64,000 nucleotides of DNA. Origin: Entomortierella parvispora E1425 (lineage: Eukaryota > Fungi > Mortierellomycota). The stretch lies in the NCBI GenBank assembly GCA_020891255.1, contig BQFW01000012.1, positions 248,001 to 312,000 of the forward strand, in the 5' to 3' direction. Below are positions 34,095 to 47,670 of this stretch, one piece after another. The notes under the pieces are model-generated. The model was not told the origin of the DNA, did no database searches, and saw nothing but the letters and a program-made list of their open reading frames with translations. A program made the position numbers and the translations under genes. Position 1 is the first letter of the stretch. Every line of letters starts with the position of its first letter.

Positions 34095-36269
34095 ATGGAC
34101 ACGGACTCGGAACAGCTGGACTCGCCCATGCACTGCCATGACCAGGTCGATGATTCCTCAAGCAAACGGAATAACGCCTCCCAGTCCCAGGACCCAGCCA
34201 AGAAAAGGGACAAAAAGAAAAGCAAGCGCCAGAGCAAAGAAGTTGTTCGGGAGCGGAAAAGGGCCAAAGTCAATGTCACGACTGTGGAAGAGGAGAGAAG
34301 CGTGGTAGAAGCTACAGAGGCCATAGCGACTGCAACCATTCAGAGCAGCGAGATCGATGTCACGTTGAAGGCAGATCGGGCACGGGCACAGCCAAGCCAA
34401 GAACCAACTCTCGCGACATTATCACTATCAACATCATCATCATCATCATCATCATCGACGCCGCCCAAAAAAGCCTTGCCTCGGATTGTTATCTCCACTT
34501 CGCTACTGCCTCGGATACTGGTCCCACATCAATTATCACGACCACGATCTTCTACAAAGCCAAAGCCGGGAGGTCGCAGGACGATAGTCGCCATGACACC
34601 CCCTTCAGTATCCAAAGGGCCCTCTACTTCAGACATGCCCACCCTCAAAGATGCCATTCCTACAGAGTCGACCAAAATTGAAGCATCAGCTGGACAGCCC
34701 ATCTTTCGAGCAAGAGATATCCGTGCCAAAGCAGCGGCAGTTGATGCGGCGGCGGCAGCTTCTGCGGAAGGAATGTCCACCTCAACCTCGACCTCTTCGT
34801 CAAGGCATCAGCCTCCCAGACTACACAACAACTACTCAAAGTCATATTCGGATACTCAAAATTCTCGCACTCCATCACAACGTTCACATTATAACGACCA
34901 CCATGGATCCTTTAGGGAGCCTGAAGGAGGAAACGTGGCCACGGCTGGGTCAGGACTCATTCGAGCAAAACCCATTATGGTCACCATTGATGGAAAGTTT
35001 GAATTTCCGTATGGCAACTATCCATCTTATTACGAGAAACGATCTCGGGAACAAAAAAAGCAACCTTCAACAGAGCAGATGGAGGATTCATCATCCTCGG
35101 CCGCAGGAATTCCAGAGCGGATATTATACTCGCCGTACATCGTCATGGGGACCAACAGCTCAAGCATGGACACGGATACTGGCTCAGCAGGTCAACATCA
35201 GCGTCAAATTCAACATTTCCGGAATGCGACCCCTTCTGTCCTCTTTCCTGCCCCTCGATCAACCTTTCCTTCGATCACAGGAAACAGTGACAATGATCAG
35301 AAAATGAAGGACAATACCCAGCTTTCGATCCAAGTGCTGGCCAAGAGTGTCGATTTACGGCTCGAGTTCTTGCAGGGAAGCTGGTTCCGGGGCAAGAAGG
35401 TACTGGACATTGGATGTAATTCTGGACTGCTGACAGTCTTTATTGCGATGCATTACCAGCCCATGAAGATCGAGGGAGTTGATGTTGACCCAAGCTTGAT
35501 TGGCAAGGCTCAGAATTTTGTCCTCAAGACATTTTCTCAGATCTCACGCCAAGCGTATCTCCAGGAACCTGAATCGTCGCCATCAGAGGAAGGAGGATCC
35601 AGTAGTGGCAGTAGCAACAGTAGTAACGACAGTGATCCCGTTGTTCCTTACCAGTCCTACTTTCCCAAAGCATTGCAACGGATGCACGGATCATTACCCA
35701 TCCCAGCCAAGACGGAAAAGACACAGCATTTGTTCCCACACAACATTGAGCTGAGGATCACAGACTGGGTATCGGAAGGAAATGATTCTGGGAAAGATCT
35801 CATCGACAATGATGCAGGAGCTACATCGTCAACTTTATCGATTACACAGCAGTACGATGTGATCATTGGGTTTTCACTGACGAAATGGATCCACCTTCAA
35901 CATGGCGACGATGGACTGAAGAAGTTTTTCAAGAAGGTATACCAGTCGCTGACACCAGAAGGCATCTTTTTGATGGAACCACAAGCACATTCTACCTACA
36001 AGAAACGAAGCAAGATCACAAAGGTAAAAAAAAGTACCCCTCTTATGGCCGCATCTTCTTGCTCAAACATGATACTTACCCTATACCATTTTTCTCTTTC
36101 TTTCTCATAGAAAATGGAAGAAAATTACAAGTCCATCGAATTTGTGCCGAAAAAGTTTGAAGAGTACTTGCTCTCACCGGAGGTCGGGTTCCGTGAGGTC
36201 CAACTCTTGGGTCAATCGCAAGGAAGCGCTCAAAATTTTAACCGACCCATCTACTTGTTTCGTAAATAA
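34095..36269 (+). CDS. Bin3/MePCE-type RNA 5'-methylphosphate capping methyltransferase (Bmc1-like); join(34095..36023,36111..36269)
   Basis: FPYGNYPSYY, SAM motif I VLDIGCNSG, and Bin3 block YDVIIGFSLTKWIHLQHGDDGLKKFFKKVYQSLTPEGIFLMEPQ. The terminal exon ends FNRPIYLFRK. Confidence 0.9.
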
Positions 36270-36672
36270 AACAAGGGGAAAGAACAAAGAAAGAAGCCAT
36301 CAAAAACCGCCGGTACCTCGTGCAATGTGCAATCCCACATGCAACAACCGGCTCATGAGATGATGCAAAGACAAAAAAAAATCGATTTCAAAAGTGCTTT
36401 TTGTTTTATTCTTTTCATTTTTTTTTTCATTTGAGATAACTCCCTCCGCAGTACTTTTTTTTTTTGGAGTGTGTGAATGTGTGTGAGAGTGAAATGGGGT
36501 TTCCGCTTTTTCCGCTTTTTGTGGTGATGGTGGTTGCTGCTGTTGTTGTTGTTTTGTTGTCAAACTTGCCACGGCTCTTTCAATAGGAAAACAAAAAAAG
36601 GGCTGACAAAAAAAATTGTTTTTTCTCATTGACTGGACTGGACCCGCCATATCTTTTTCCTGATCTTTCCAC

Positions 36673-39600
36673 TTAGTGGTGGTATCCATTGCCATTGCCG
36701 TTACCAGTGTTCATGGCCGCAGCATGAGCAGCAGCAGCCGAGGCAGACCCACGTCCACCCTCATTGTAGTAATGACCGTTCTTGCCACCCATCTGCTCCT
36801 TGTACTGCTGTTGTGCCGCCGCGACGCCTCCCACAGCCGCCAGAGACTCTTGTGCAGCCTCGACCTCCGCTTGCGAGACCTCAAAATGACCGTCCGCCAA
36901 CCTCTCCTCTTGCGTCGACTGTCGCTGTCTCAAAGTCCTGTTGTTGTTTACAGGAAATGCGGGCCCGTCCTGTGCATCCTGGTCATCCAAATACAAGTAA
37001 TCATCCTCATCGTCATGGCCCTGCATCTTGTACTGCAGATACTTTTCCCGATCATGGATCGACATCTTGGCAAAGGTCAACTCGGTGTCCACACCCTCCA
37101 GGGGGGTCCGGATTCGGGGGGAACCCGGGGCCGAGCGAGGGTTCGGGATCTTGGGTCTCTGTTCCTGGCGCTGCAACTCTTGTTGCGTCGCCTCGTCCAA
37201 CGTTCCGAAATAATCCTCGTCATCAAACGAATCAGGGTACGCGCGACGGAGGGCCAATTGACGGGCCTTGATGTACTCGAGTCCCATACGCTTCCAATCC
37301 AACAGATCCGAGAGTCGCTCCGTTCGGTTTCTTTGGTTGATGCGTTGACGACGCGACTTTTGACAAAAGACCAACATCTGATCCGCGAGTTGTTGAATCG
37401 ATTCCTCAATAGACTTCATCCTTCGGTCCACAATGTAGATGCCGTACTCGGACGAGTCCACAATGTTGTCGTCCATGAAACAGCCGAATCCTGAGAGGTT
37501 GGTCGTGATACTGGGCACACCCATGACCGTGCACTCGGCTGGGGTGTAACCCCAAGGTTCGTAGTACGAGGGGAAGACACCCAAGTGACAACCTCGAACA
37601 AACTCTTCATAATCCAGTCCAAAAAGCGGGTTATTCGAGTTCAGAAACTCTGGATGGAACACAATCTTGACGCGATCCGAGGGGTGGTTAAAGAGTCCCA
37701 GGCGACGGAGCTGGTTTAAGACTGGATCCTTGCCATCATCTGCCATGTTGTGTGTCACAATCGGAGGCAAGGTTGAGCGCTTGAGGGCAAATGTTCTTCG
37801 CTTCAGCAAGATTTGATCTTCGCTTGTCAAAAACTGGGTTGTGTTCACATCGCCACCACTAGAGAGAGAGAAGCACGACAAAAAAAACGCGTCCCAAAAG
37901 TTAAATACAAGGAAAAAGTAATTGCCAAGGTCAGCAGACAGGATAATTTCTTTTCTTTACCGAGCCGCCTTCTCAAACAAACGAGTTTCCATGCGTTTAG
38001 CGATATCATGCACCGTCTCCTTCAACTGCTTCACGACCGCCTGACCCTTGAGTGTCTCGACCGTGAAAGAATGTGTCTCTGCGGGGGTGATGATAAACGC
38101 CACGACCGTCATTGGTGAATTGCACGCCTTCAGCTTTTCATTCAACCCTGTTGTCGCACAAATAATGAGGGAGAGAAAAAAATAACGAAAATCAGTCCAT
38201 CTGTTCGTTCCCACACCACCGAAGAATTTGAGCTTTGACTTTTGTGGGTTCCGGACCAAACATATAGAAAATAAAAAACAGTGCTTACGTTGCAACGACT
38301 CGATAAACATGTCCAGTCCCTTGTTTCGGTATTCGTACCTTCCAGCCGTGAAAAAGTAGAGAGTGTTCTCAAGATCAAAGTCATAGTGGCCATAAAAGTG
38401 ACCCCGCACAAAATCATGAATCCTGTCTTTGGAGACTGCGTGCAAGTTTTGAAACTCGTGCATCGCCGAGAATTTAACCACATTGAGACCGTTGGGGAGA
38501 ACGCCATCTGCAGAGAAAAAGAGGGCATCGAAAGAGTTAGTTCCATGGGGAAATCTGGAGCGGCTTTCTTCAGATGCATTCTTTTCCTCTTTGCGATTCC
38601 ATCTCTCGGGTCCCGTCTTACCTGGTTTGCGCTTCAACAGATGCTCTGCTTCGTACGCCGTGATATGAGAAACGGTAGTAAAGACATCGCAGCAGTGAGT
38701 GGCTGCACGCTCAATGCAGTATCGGTGGTAGATCCCTCTCTTTCCTGCCTCGTGGTCCACGTCAAAATTGCGAAGGTTGTTGTAAAAATCCACCGATCCC
38801 GCGCACAGATAACGGCCTAAAAGTGTGGCGTGGGTCGTGAAGATCGTGGTGACGTCGATATGACGCTTGCGGCAGAGGGCAATGCCCACACCGGCGAGCC
38901 ATTCGTGAAAATGAGCAATCACGGCCGTCTTGCGCTCGTGTGCAGTGAACTATTTGAAAAGTGAGACGGCAGCAAGGGAGCAGATTAGCACAACGTACAT
39001 CTGCTTGATAAGAAGTAAACGGCACTTGTAGAAAACCAACAAGGGTGCATTGTATACACATGCGCACAGGCGGGGAAGGGGCAACAGATTTGATGTAGCA
39101 ATGACGGGTTGCGTCCGTTCATGCGACTATCTCCAGGATGGAAATGGCCCTCAAAAGGAGACTACCCCACTCTTTTCTTCAAGACTGAGGGGAGGAAGGA
39201 TGCCTTTTTAGCATGCATGAATTGGACTCGGAAACTGGTCATATCCCTGTCTGCGTCTGGTTAGTGTTTCCTGTGCTCGGCATGCCTGCTCTGCTCTGCT
39301 CTATACTTATCGCTGGGATCGGCGTGGTGAGGGTATTGGTGAAATCGCTCCGTGTCCGCTCTTTCCTCGAGAGATTCATCCGAGTCCTTCCCCTCCTTCT
39401 CCCCTTGCTCTTCCTCCTGTTGAACGTGAACATGCCCGCGTCCCGAATTGGGGGGGAGAGGGTTGCACAACAGGAGAAAACAGTTCCAGACTGGATTTGT
39501 TTTCCCTGAAGAACAGTGACTTTCTATCGCTTGGTCAGATATTGACGTTCACGTTTTGTCAGCCCCCTTCCTCCCCCCCTTGGACTTATCATTGTGTCCA

Positions 39601-40511
39601 TGTTTTTTTTTTTTTTTTTTTTTTTGTAGATGTTGAGTTGGATAAGAAAACGAAAAGATACCCAAACGACCATGTACCCAAAAAAACGAGTTTCTGACCC
39701 CATACAACCAGAGCACACCCGTTCCCACAGTACCCCAGACACCTTCCGGCTTTATCGGTGCTCCCTGCCTTTTTCCTGTTTGAATAGAAACAAGAGAGGC
39801 CAAGGTCATCCGTCTCTCTCGTCCTTCTCTCTCCCCTCTTTTTTTTTTTTTTACAGTCATCTGCCTGAACTCCGTGGGAAACAAACAGGATGATGAAATC
39901 ACAAGGAAGAGCTGAACGAAGCGAGAAAAAAAAACACAAACAACATTACCTCGCCCAAGAACCAGGCCACCAAGTATCCAAAGAGGATCGCCTCATTTGT
40001 CTCGTGGTCATTGGGTGGAGAAGGGATGCCAGCCACGTTCCAGAGATCGCCTTTCCATTCATCCAGCTTGTGGTAAACGGATCCTGTATCAAAGAGCAAC
40101 ACCTTTGGGGCACCCTCGATCAGCCATCGACCGTACAGGAACTTGACGCCGCGCTCCTTCATGGACTCGAGGGTCAAGCGCAGCTCGGGTGAATCAGGCT
40201 CGAGAGTCTCGACCTCGAGCGGGGCCGTCTTGTAGGAGAGAGGACCGATCATGGTGTAGCGATCACCATACTCATGGCAGGTCACTGGGGCCTTGGACTT
40301 TAGCACCGTGTAGATGCCTCCGACTATGGAAAAAGTTAAGAGAGGTACCCGAGGAATATCTGTTAGAATAGAAAAAGGGAGGGGCAGGGAGAAGAAGAGA
40401 TCAGGCCCAGAGAAAGGGTGGGGTTGGAATGAGTAATGAATTACCCTTATTGGCGACCTCCCATGCAATCTCAAAGAGTAGCGGCTTGTGGACATTCCGT
40501 GCTGGGTTCAT
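36673..40511 (-). CDS. GSY1: Glycogen synthase (GT3); complement(join(36673..37858,37961..38147,38289..38507,38622..38949,39950..40323,40445..40511)), 786 aa
   Basis: [10 protein letters not shown]|[54 protein letters not shown] and the phospho-site region PRSAPGSP. All five introns are GT-AG and in frame. Confidence 0.95.
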
Positions 40512-40861
40512 GGCCACTGTTTTTGTTGAATGAAGTAGGGACAGATAAGAGAGTGAAAGTGGAGAGAAAAAGAAGAGAATGAGGAAATGAGAAGGTGAAT
40601 TCGGTAGAGGGGAGATGCTGGTTGCAAGAGAGGAGAAGAAAAGAAAAGAGAGGAGAGAGTGAAGAGAGAAGAAAAGAAAAAGAAGAGAAAGACAGAGAGG
40701 ATAAAGGATCGATATGATGCCAAAGAAGAGGGGCAGGAGAGAGAGAAGGGAAGGAGAGAGAGAGGGGACTCACACACGAACGGACGATGACCGAGACAGG
40801 ACGTGACGGACGCGTTCTTTGTTTCGTTTTTTGTTTCATTCTCTTGGGGGTATAAGAAGCA

Positions 40862-40934
<73 letters not shown>

Positions 40935-40935
40935 G
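40862..40935. repeat. (TGTC)18 tetranucleotide microsatellite upstream of glycogen synthase
   Basis: Perfect tandem array read directly from the sequence. Confidence 0.95.
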
Positions 40936-41048
40936 CCTGTTTGTTTTGTATAGCTTGCCGGCCGGCTGGCTGGCTCTTTTGGAATGTCTGCCTTCTCTTC
41001 ACTCGTCTGCTTCGTCGGTGTAGATGAGCAAAGAACGCACATGCCCTG

Positions 41049-41083
<35 letters not shown>

Positions 41084-43050
41084 TGCTCTCTTTCTAGTTC
41101 TCCCTATCCCGCACAGTTGTTGTGCAAGTCTGTCTTCTCTGTCTCTCCTGGAACCTTGAAGTCAGAGTGCAGCCAGCTTAGACAGACAGATGGACCCTGC
41201 ACGCGTCTCCCTGCCCCATTCCCCGCCTCAAGGCAAACCCGTAGTTCCGTAGGGCGTGCAGTCAAGCAACCTAACCCAGAGATACCATTTTTGCAAGCCT
41301 CGCATTGGCCCACATGGAACTCTCCGAAGAGTCTGCACCTTGTTCTCTTCTCGCCCTGCTGTCTGTCGCTGACAATCGCCTGCAAAGCCAACCTTCTTTC
41401 ACGCACCCACTCTCAAAAACACTGTAATCTCCCTTTGTCGGTTTTTTTTTTGAGAGCGCCGTTCATTTCATCATGATTCTCATGTGGGTGTTGTTCCCTG
41501 CTGGAGGTCAAACATTAAAGTAGATCGGTCCAACAGTGCTGCTCTGACAGTCCAAGCGTGCCTTTTTGGTCGGTTGCTGCGTGCCTCTTGTCTTGCGTGT
41601 CTCTTCATTTTTATCGTTCAATAGGACAACAATAATGAGCGAATAAAGAGGAGCGGATAGAGCATTCATTTCCGAAAATCTCAACCCATGCGGCCGATGG
41701 GCTTCAAGCACACGCAATCCATAAGACACATAGAGTGAAATGGGGGGGGGAGAAGGCGAGATCGAGATGCTCCCAAGGAGTCTTTTTTTTTTTTTTTTTT
41801 TTGCTGTGTCAAGTCAGGGGTACGCTTGTATGGACCGAGGATGGACCTCTTCCTCCTTGGTCGTTACTTTTGTTTTATTTGTTAAAATCAGACATGAGCA
41901 GGTCCAAGAGATGGGAAAAGGGAGGCAAAATGACCCAGAAAACAAAAACAGAAAAAAAAAGTACATGTCCAGGCCTTTTGGGGGATGGAGGGGGTTGGTC
42001 AACTCCATGAACGCACACTCTTTGCCTCTCCATCGCCGCCGTCTTTTTTTTGGCACCCCCGTTGACAACAGCTATAACCCCTTCCTTCCCGATGTGGGCT
42101 GCAAAAAAAGCAAGTTCTTTTTTGGATCAAGAGAAATGAAATCATTATTCTTTCTTTTTTTCCAACATGAGCACGATTGAGCAAAGCCAGTTCGGTTAAT
42201 CAGCGAGCAAGGACAAGAGAGAGTAAAGAGAAGAGAAGAAAAGAAAGAGTGAAAAGAAAACAAATAATAACTTGAGAAATAAAAAGTGAGCGGTGAGCCT
42301 GCCATCTGCACCGCTACGACTCTCAAGGGATTCATTTAACGTGGTTTTCACGACGTGCAAGGGGGACACAAAGAAGAAAATAAGGGCGAGCATGGCACGT
42401 TGGCACTGACTGTCCATCAGACACAGAAGGTCGCCCATTGCCTTTTGGACAGAACCAAATGAAAAAAAGTAGATAACAAGAATGAGAGAAAAGAGAGAGT
42501 CAACAAAGACGATTGCATACAACCACAAAGTGCACACAACATCTGCGATGCGATGCCACGCGATGCCACAGAGACGACAGCCAAATAGAAAGGAACAAAG
42601 AACCAAACACAACAACAAACAGAAAAAGAGATTGAGGAGCGAGTCCCAGTCCAGCCGTCCTGTGCAAAGCGATCGCAGCAAAGAAGACCAAAGAAAGAAA
42701 GAAAGAGAGAAAAAGGTTCTCCTGCAGACGGCAGACAGACAGCAGACAGACAGACAGACAAAAGAGAGAAACAAGGCCAGCCAATAAGCCCGTGCTAGAC
42801 CCGTGCAAATCCCGGGGCGGGGTCTGTTCTTGCTTGCTCTGTGCCTGTGCCTCTGTCTGTCTGTCTCTCTCTCTGTGTGTCCCGTCTGCCGCCTCTTTCT
42901 CTTTTTCCCTCTCGTCCCTTTTCCCCTTCCCTGACCCGCCTCTCTTTCTCTCTCTCTCTCTCTCCTCTCTTTTCTTCTCTCTTTCCTTCTTCACCTCATC
43001 ATCCATCCCTTCGCTTCCCTTTCGTACCCTTCAATCACCCTCAAATCACC

Positions 43051-45423
43051 ATGCAGGCCATCAAATGTGTTGTCGTCGGAGGTAAACTACTACCCCCTTC
43101 ACTCATCCCCCACCCTCATCCTCATCTGCGCGCTCACTCGTCCCCATTCCCACTCCACTCGCCTCCACTCCAACGTTGCCATCATCCTACCGCTCCCTTC
43201 ATCTCGTCCTTCCATCCCTTGCTCTCGGTCTTTTTCCTTCACTCTCTTTTTCACCCCCCAAGAACCAGATAACGAAACAGACCATTGACTAACCTTTTAA
43301 CCTCGTCCATGTTCCCATCTCTGTTTTCTCATTAGACGGTGCTGTCGGAAAGGTAAATCCTCAATCCAAAGAACACTCACGCATTCCCTCACGCTCTCTG
43401 GTGCCTGTCTCTATTCCTGTGTGCCTGTTTGCCCCAGTCTGCAATTCCATCCGCTCCTCTCTGCTATCGTCCTCGTCCCCTCCCAAGGTTGACGGGTGTT
43501 GATACTCTGACTGTGTAGCTCCTCCTTATCTCGACCCTGGGGCGAGGAAACAATAACGTCCAAAGGAGAGACGATTATTCTACCAGTTACAACTGGCAAA
43601 CTGGCACAAAGAATACAAACGACAAAGGGACCTCTTTTTCTTGCATCCTGCAAGAGAATGGGAGAGAAAGTCGCCCCTTCAATGGAGTCTGGAATATGAA
43701 TGTCGATTCTTCCCTCGTCGGGTCATCATCACAACTCTGACTGACTTATTCTTGCTTCTCTGTTCCATCTAGACCTGTCTTCTCATTAGTTACACTACCA
43801 ATGCCTTCCCTGGCGAGTACATCCCAACAGTGTAAGTCTCTCGGTCACATATCGTTGTCTCGAGCAAGACCATCGTAGCCCGAGGATACTTGCTCCTTGC
43901 ACCACCTAGAGAGACGCAACCCAAAAAAGAAAAAAAGAATGAGCAAGCTTTGCTCATTACACCTAGTGGGCCTTGCTGGATGATGACGACCTCGTGAAAA
44001 AGAAAAAGCTTCCTTCTCCCTTTCGCCGTTCAACCAACCCAGACGCCGACTGACCCCGACCATCCCACTTTTTTTGCTCTTTTTTACCTTCGCGCTTAAT
44101 AGTTTCGACAACTACTCCGCCAATGTGATGGTTGACGGAAAACCCATCAACCTTGGTCTTTGGGATACTGCCGGACAGGAGGATTACGATCGTCTTCGCC
44201 CTCTCTCTTACCCCCAGACCGATGTTTTCCTCATTTGCTTCTCTCTTGTCAGCCCTCCTTCGTTCGAGAACGTCAAGACAAAGGTGAGGATGAGTGTCAA
44301 TGGCCCATGATCAATTTTTTCATTATGGTATCTGTGCTTTCATTGTTTCGGGCTTTTTTTTTCTTTATTCTTTTGTTTGCCTCGTTCGTTTCAAGTTCGT
44401 GCTTTTCTGAAGGGGGGCTTGTGCTGGCCTTTTTGTTTTGAACCCGTCGATTGATTTTCTGACAACGAGGGACCCTGAAGAAGCAGGGCAGGGGTGGAAT
44501 ATATGACACTCTCAGCCTGCAGCAAACAGAGGCGCAGGGACGCTGGAAATGGTAGATATCGTAATAGTGCGGTACCAGGCGACCACAGGAAAAAGGAGAA
44601 ACTCCTCTGGCGGCAACCACATACATTAGAACACGACCTGCCTGATGTGTGTTTCTGAACAACTCCTAGCACAAAAGATCTCTGGATTCACAGCATCAGC
44701 AACGAGTCAAGCCAGAGAGAAGATCGTTGACATGGACTGTTGTGTGGTGTGTTTTCCTGTGTGTGTGTCTGTGTGCGTTGTGTGTTCGCCTGTGTCTGTG
44801 TCTGTGTGCGTGCTGTGCAACGTCGGGCGGTTTGGCAAAATAGGAGCACGATCCCGTGCAGGCGTTTCATGTTGGACCTCTGGGCGACAATATTTGGGCA
44901 GTGTCTGGACGGAGTCACATCAAGGATCATGCAACTCCTTGCACTTTATCCCTCGTTCATGCATGGATAGCTAGCTCATGTTGTTGTTTTTCTGCAGCCC
45001 GGCTTACGTGGATGCTGCAACAGACTTGCTTTTTGTCACTTGAGCGACCATCTGGGTCCAGACCGACGGAAAGTAGAGCCAAAAAACAACTTCTTGCAAG
45101 AGACTAATCATTTGAATCATTTTCATTGATAGTGGAACCCCGAGATTAGCCATCACGCTCCCAACATTCCCACGATCCTTGTCGGTACCAAGCTGGATTT
45201 GCGCGAGGACAAGGAGACTTTGGACAAGTTGCGCGAGAAGCGCATGTTGCCCATCACATACCCCCAGGGTCTTCAGATGGCCAAGGAAATCTCTGCCGTC
45301 CGCTACTTGGAGTGCTCTGCCTTGACCCAGAAGGGCTTGAAGAACGTCTTTGACGAGGCCATCCGCGCTGTCCTCTGCCCAGTCCAGCCCTCCAAGCGCT
45401 CAAAGAAGTGTCTGATTCTGTAA
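43051..45423 (+). CDS. RAC1: Rho-family GTPase Rac1; join(43051..43081,43336..43352,43773..43831,44103..44283,45133..45423), 192 aa
   Basis: [78 protein letters not shown] and CAAX box CLIL. The spliced length equals canonical Rac1. It includes a 17-nt micro-exon. Confidence 0.97.
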
Positions 45424-46814
45424 AAAAAACAAAAAACATTGGAGTCATAACAACGGAATAAGAACGAAAGAAAAAGGTCCGAAAATGCGCCGACAGACAC
45501 GAGATCCAAGGACGTGCTGCGAGCTACCTTTTGTGGACCCGCGGCGACTCTTACCTCATCCTGCTCTGTCCACGAATGGACTTGCTTTTCACTTCAGTCT
45601 TTTCTTCACCTCCAAACAAGCAAAAACAAGTATATATTTTGATATTTTTCAGACATGCCTCTTCATCCTTGCCATCCTCTCTCCCCCGCCCGCTTTCTTT
45701 TTTTCTAAATCCTCGTCCTCCTCGTATAATGTAGCACGTCAGTTTGTGCATCCCTTGTCCGGAGCTACCCCGCCTCTGGATAGGGTGATGCGACGACTCT
45801 CGGTACTTTTTTTTCCTTAGTAGCGCCTCCCTCCTAAAGCACCCCACCTTCCTCTCTTCTCTTTTTTACTACCTCTTACAAATATACACAACAAGTTTAT
45901 ACACGAGATACCGTGGGCATGCCTGGGTGAACGCGACCACTTAAAACCACATTCTCACTATTGTCTGCACAGCACAAAAGTTTAATGATGGGAGTAGATA
46001 GGTGCACTGATCTCGCAGGAAACACAATCTGACTTTGAGAGGGAAAAAAGTGGCATGTGGCTGTGGGGAGACACCTGGGTGAATGAACGAATAACTTGAG
46101 GTCGTTTGCTTTGTTTATCCAACTTACAAAAAAAACGCATCTCGCTCCATCAACAGGGAAAAAAATCTCACCCCTTGAAAAAAAAAAAAAAAAAGTCTCT
46201 CAGAAATGATGCAGGCGCGTCTCGCGTCTCAAGAGACTTGGACGAAAGGGACAGTTTTGTTGTTTGTTTGCAGGTGTGGGGATGAATGAAGAACCCAACC
46301 ACTCCTTGCCTTGACTCATTTTTCCCGCCTATTTTCAAAATGGCTGGCCAACAGATGGACAATAGGCCCCTTTTCCTTATGTTCGCGCCTCTTCTCACCT
46401 GGAATATTCATTGTGTTCATATTCGATCCGTGATGGGAGGACGAGGAGGAGAAACCAGAAGGCTGTTTCCCACTGAAAGGAGTTTCTTTCTCTCCCCCTC
46501 ATTCATCATCGTCTTTTTGGTCTGCTTGACTTGACTGACAAGGTTGACTGAGAGCGCAATCTTTTCTTTTTCCCTTCCTTTTCTCTTCCTTTTCACCCCC
46601 CACACTGTGTCTGTCTTTTTGCCCTCAATTTGAATCCCACTTCTTTTGACACGCTTGCTCTTGTGTGCATGATCCGATCTTCCACTTTCCTAAACTTTCA
46701 CTTTGGATCTTCACACTCACTCAAAGCAAACTTCTTTTGGGTCCTTACATCCAACCTTTATCTCCCCCACTGATCCCTCCTCTTTCCTTCCCCTACTCAG
46801 TCCTTCCAATATCA

Positions 46815-47670
46815 ATGAAGATCTCTATCCTAGCCCCCATTGTCGCCACTGGGCTCTTGACCTTGGGTTCCCATGTCGTCCACGCGGGGGCTGTCAAAGA
46901 CTTCATTTATTATTGATAACATCCATACCATGGATTTCAGGGATCCCACCAAACCTGTCGCTCAGATCAACGCGTACTGGCCCAACCACAAGCCGACGGA
47001 TCCCTAGACCGAATCGTCCGCCTGAAGAATCCAAAAACCGGAGACGTCTCCACGTTCGAGGCCACGTTCAAGGACCCAAAGGACAATGAGTTTGATCTCT
47101 TGCTCTCCGAGTCATGGGATGCCATCTACAAGAAGAACAAGCTGCCTAAGGGTTTCAAGGACTGGGACCCGGACAGAATGAAAGAATATTTGGAGAAGCA
47201 GGATAAAGAAAGAGGCATTGTGTCGTTGTCAGCCTATTTAGATGAGGAGATGACAATGTCCTGTACTCGGTCGATGGCGAAGATATCTTCATGAGTGCCC
47301 TCCATGAGAACTTGGGCTATCAACATATGTTGAAGGTCGCTAAGAAGGCCCTGGATCCCAACACACCCGAGTTGGAGGACATCAACGACCCGTTCTCGGC
47401 CATGGCCCGGTACCTCCTGAACAGTATTGCCATGGATGGCCCTAACGCGTTGGAGGAGACAAAGAAGAATGAGGATATCATCAAGTATTTGAATACCCTA
47501 GGAGGCTGCCTCTGGTGAGTGATTATTGTTGTTTTTATTCTCTCAACCGCTCGTCTTTTCTTCAAATACCCTTTTTTAAACCATGGAACGATCGTTCAAA
47601 CTATTCAGGCAAGGAGAGGCGTTCCGTCAAGTCCCAGAACAAGGGATCCAAAAACAAGACTTAGAAAAAA
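46815..47670 (+). pseudogene. Frameshifted gene for a secreted protein of unknown family
   Basis: Signal peptide MKISILAPIVATGLLTLGSHVVHA, then TGA-TAA. Coding-like segments continue in alternating frames (IDNIHTMDFRDPTKPV, RIVRLKNPKTGD...KDWDPDRMKEYLEK, DDNVLYSVDGEDIFMSALHENLGYQHML). There is a possible GT-AG intron at about 47516-47609. Confidence 0.55.
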
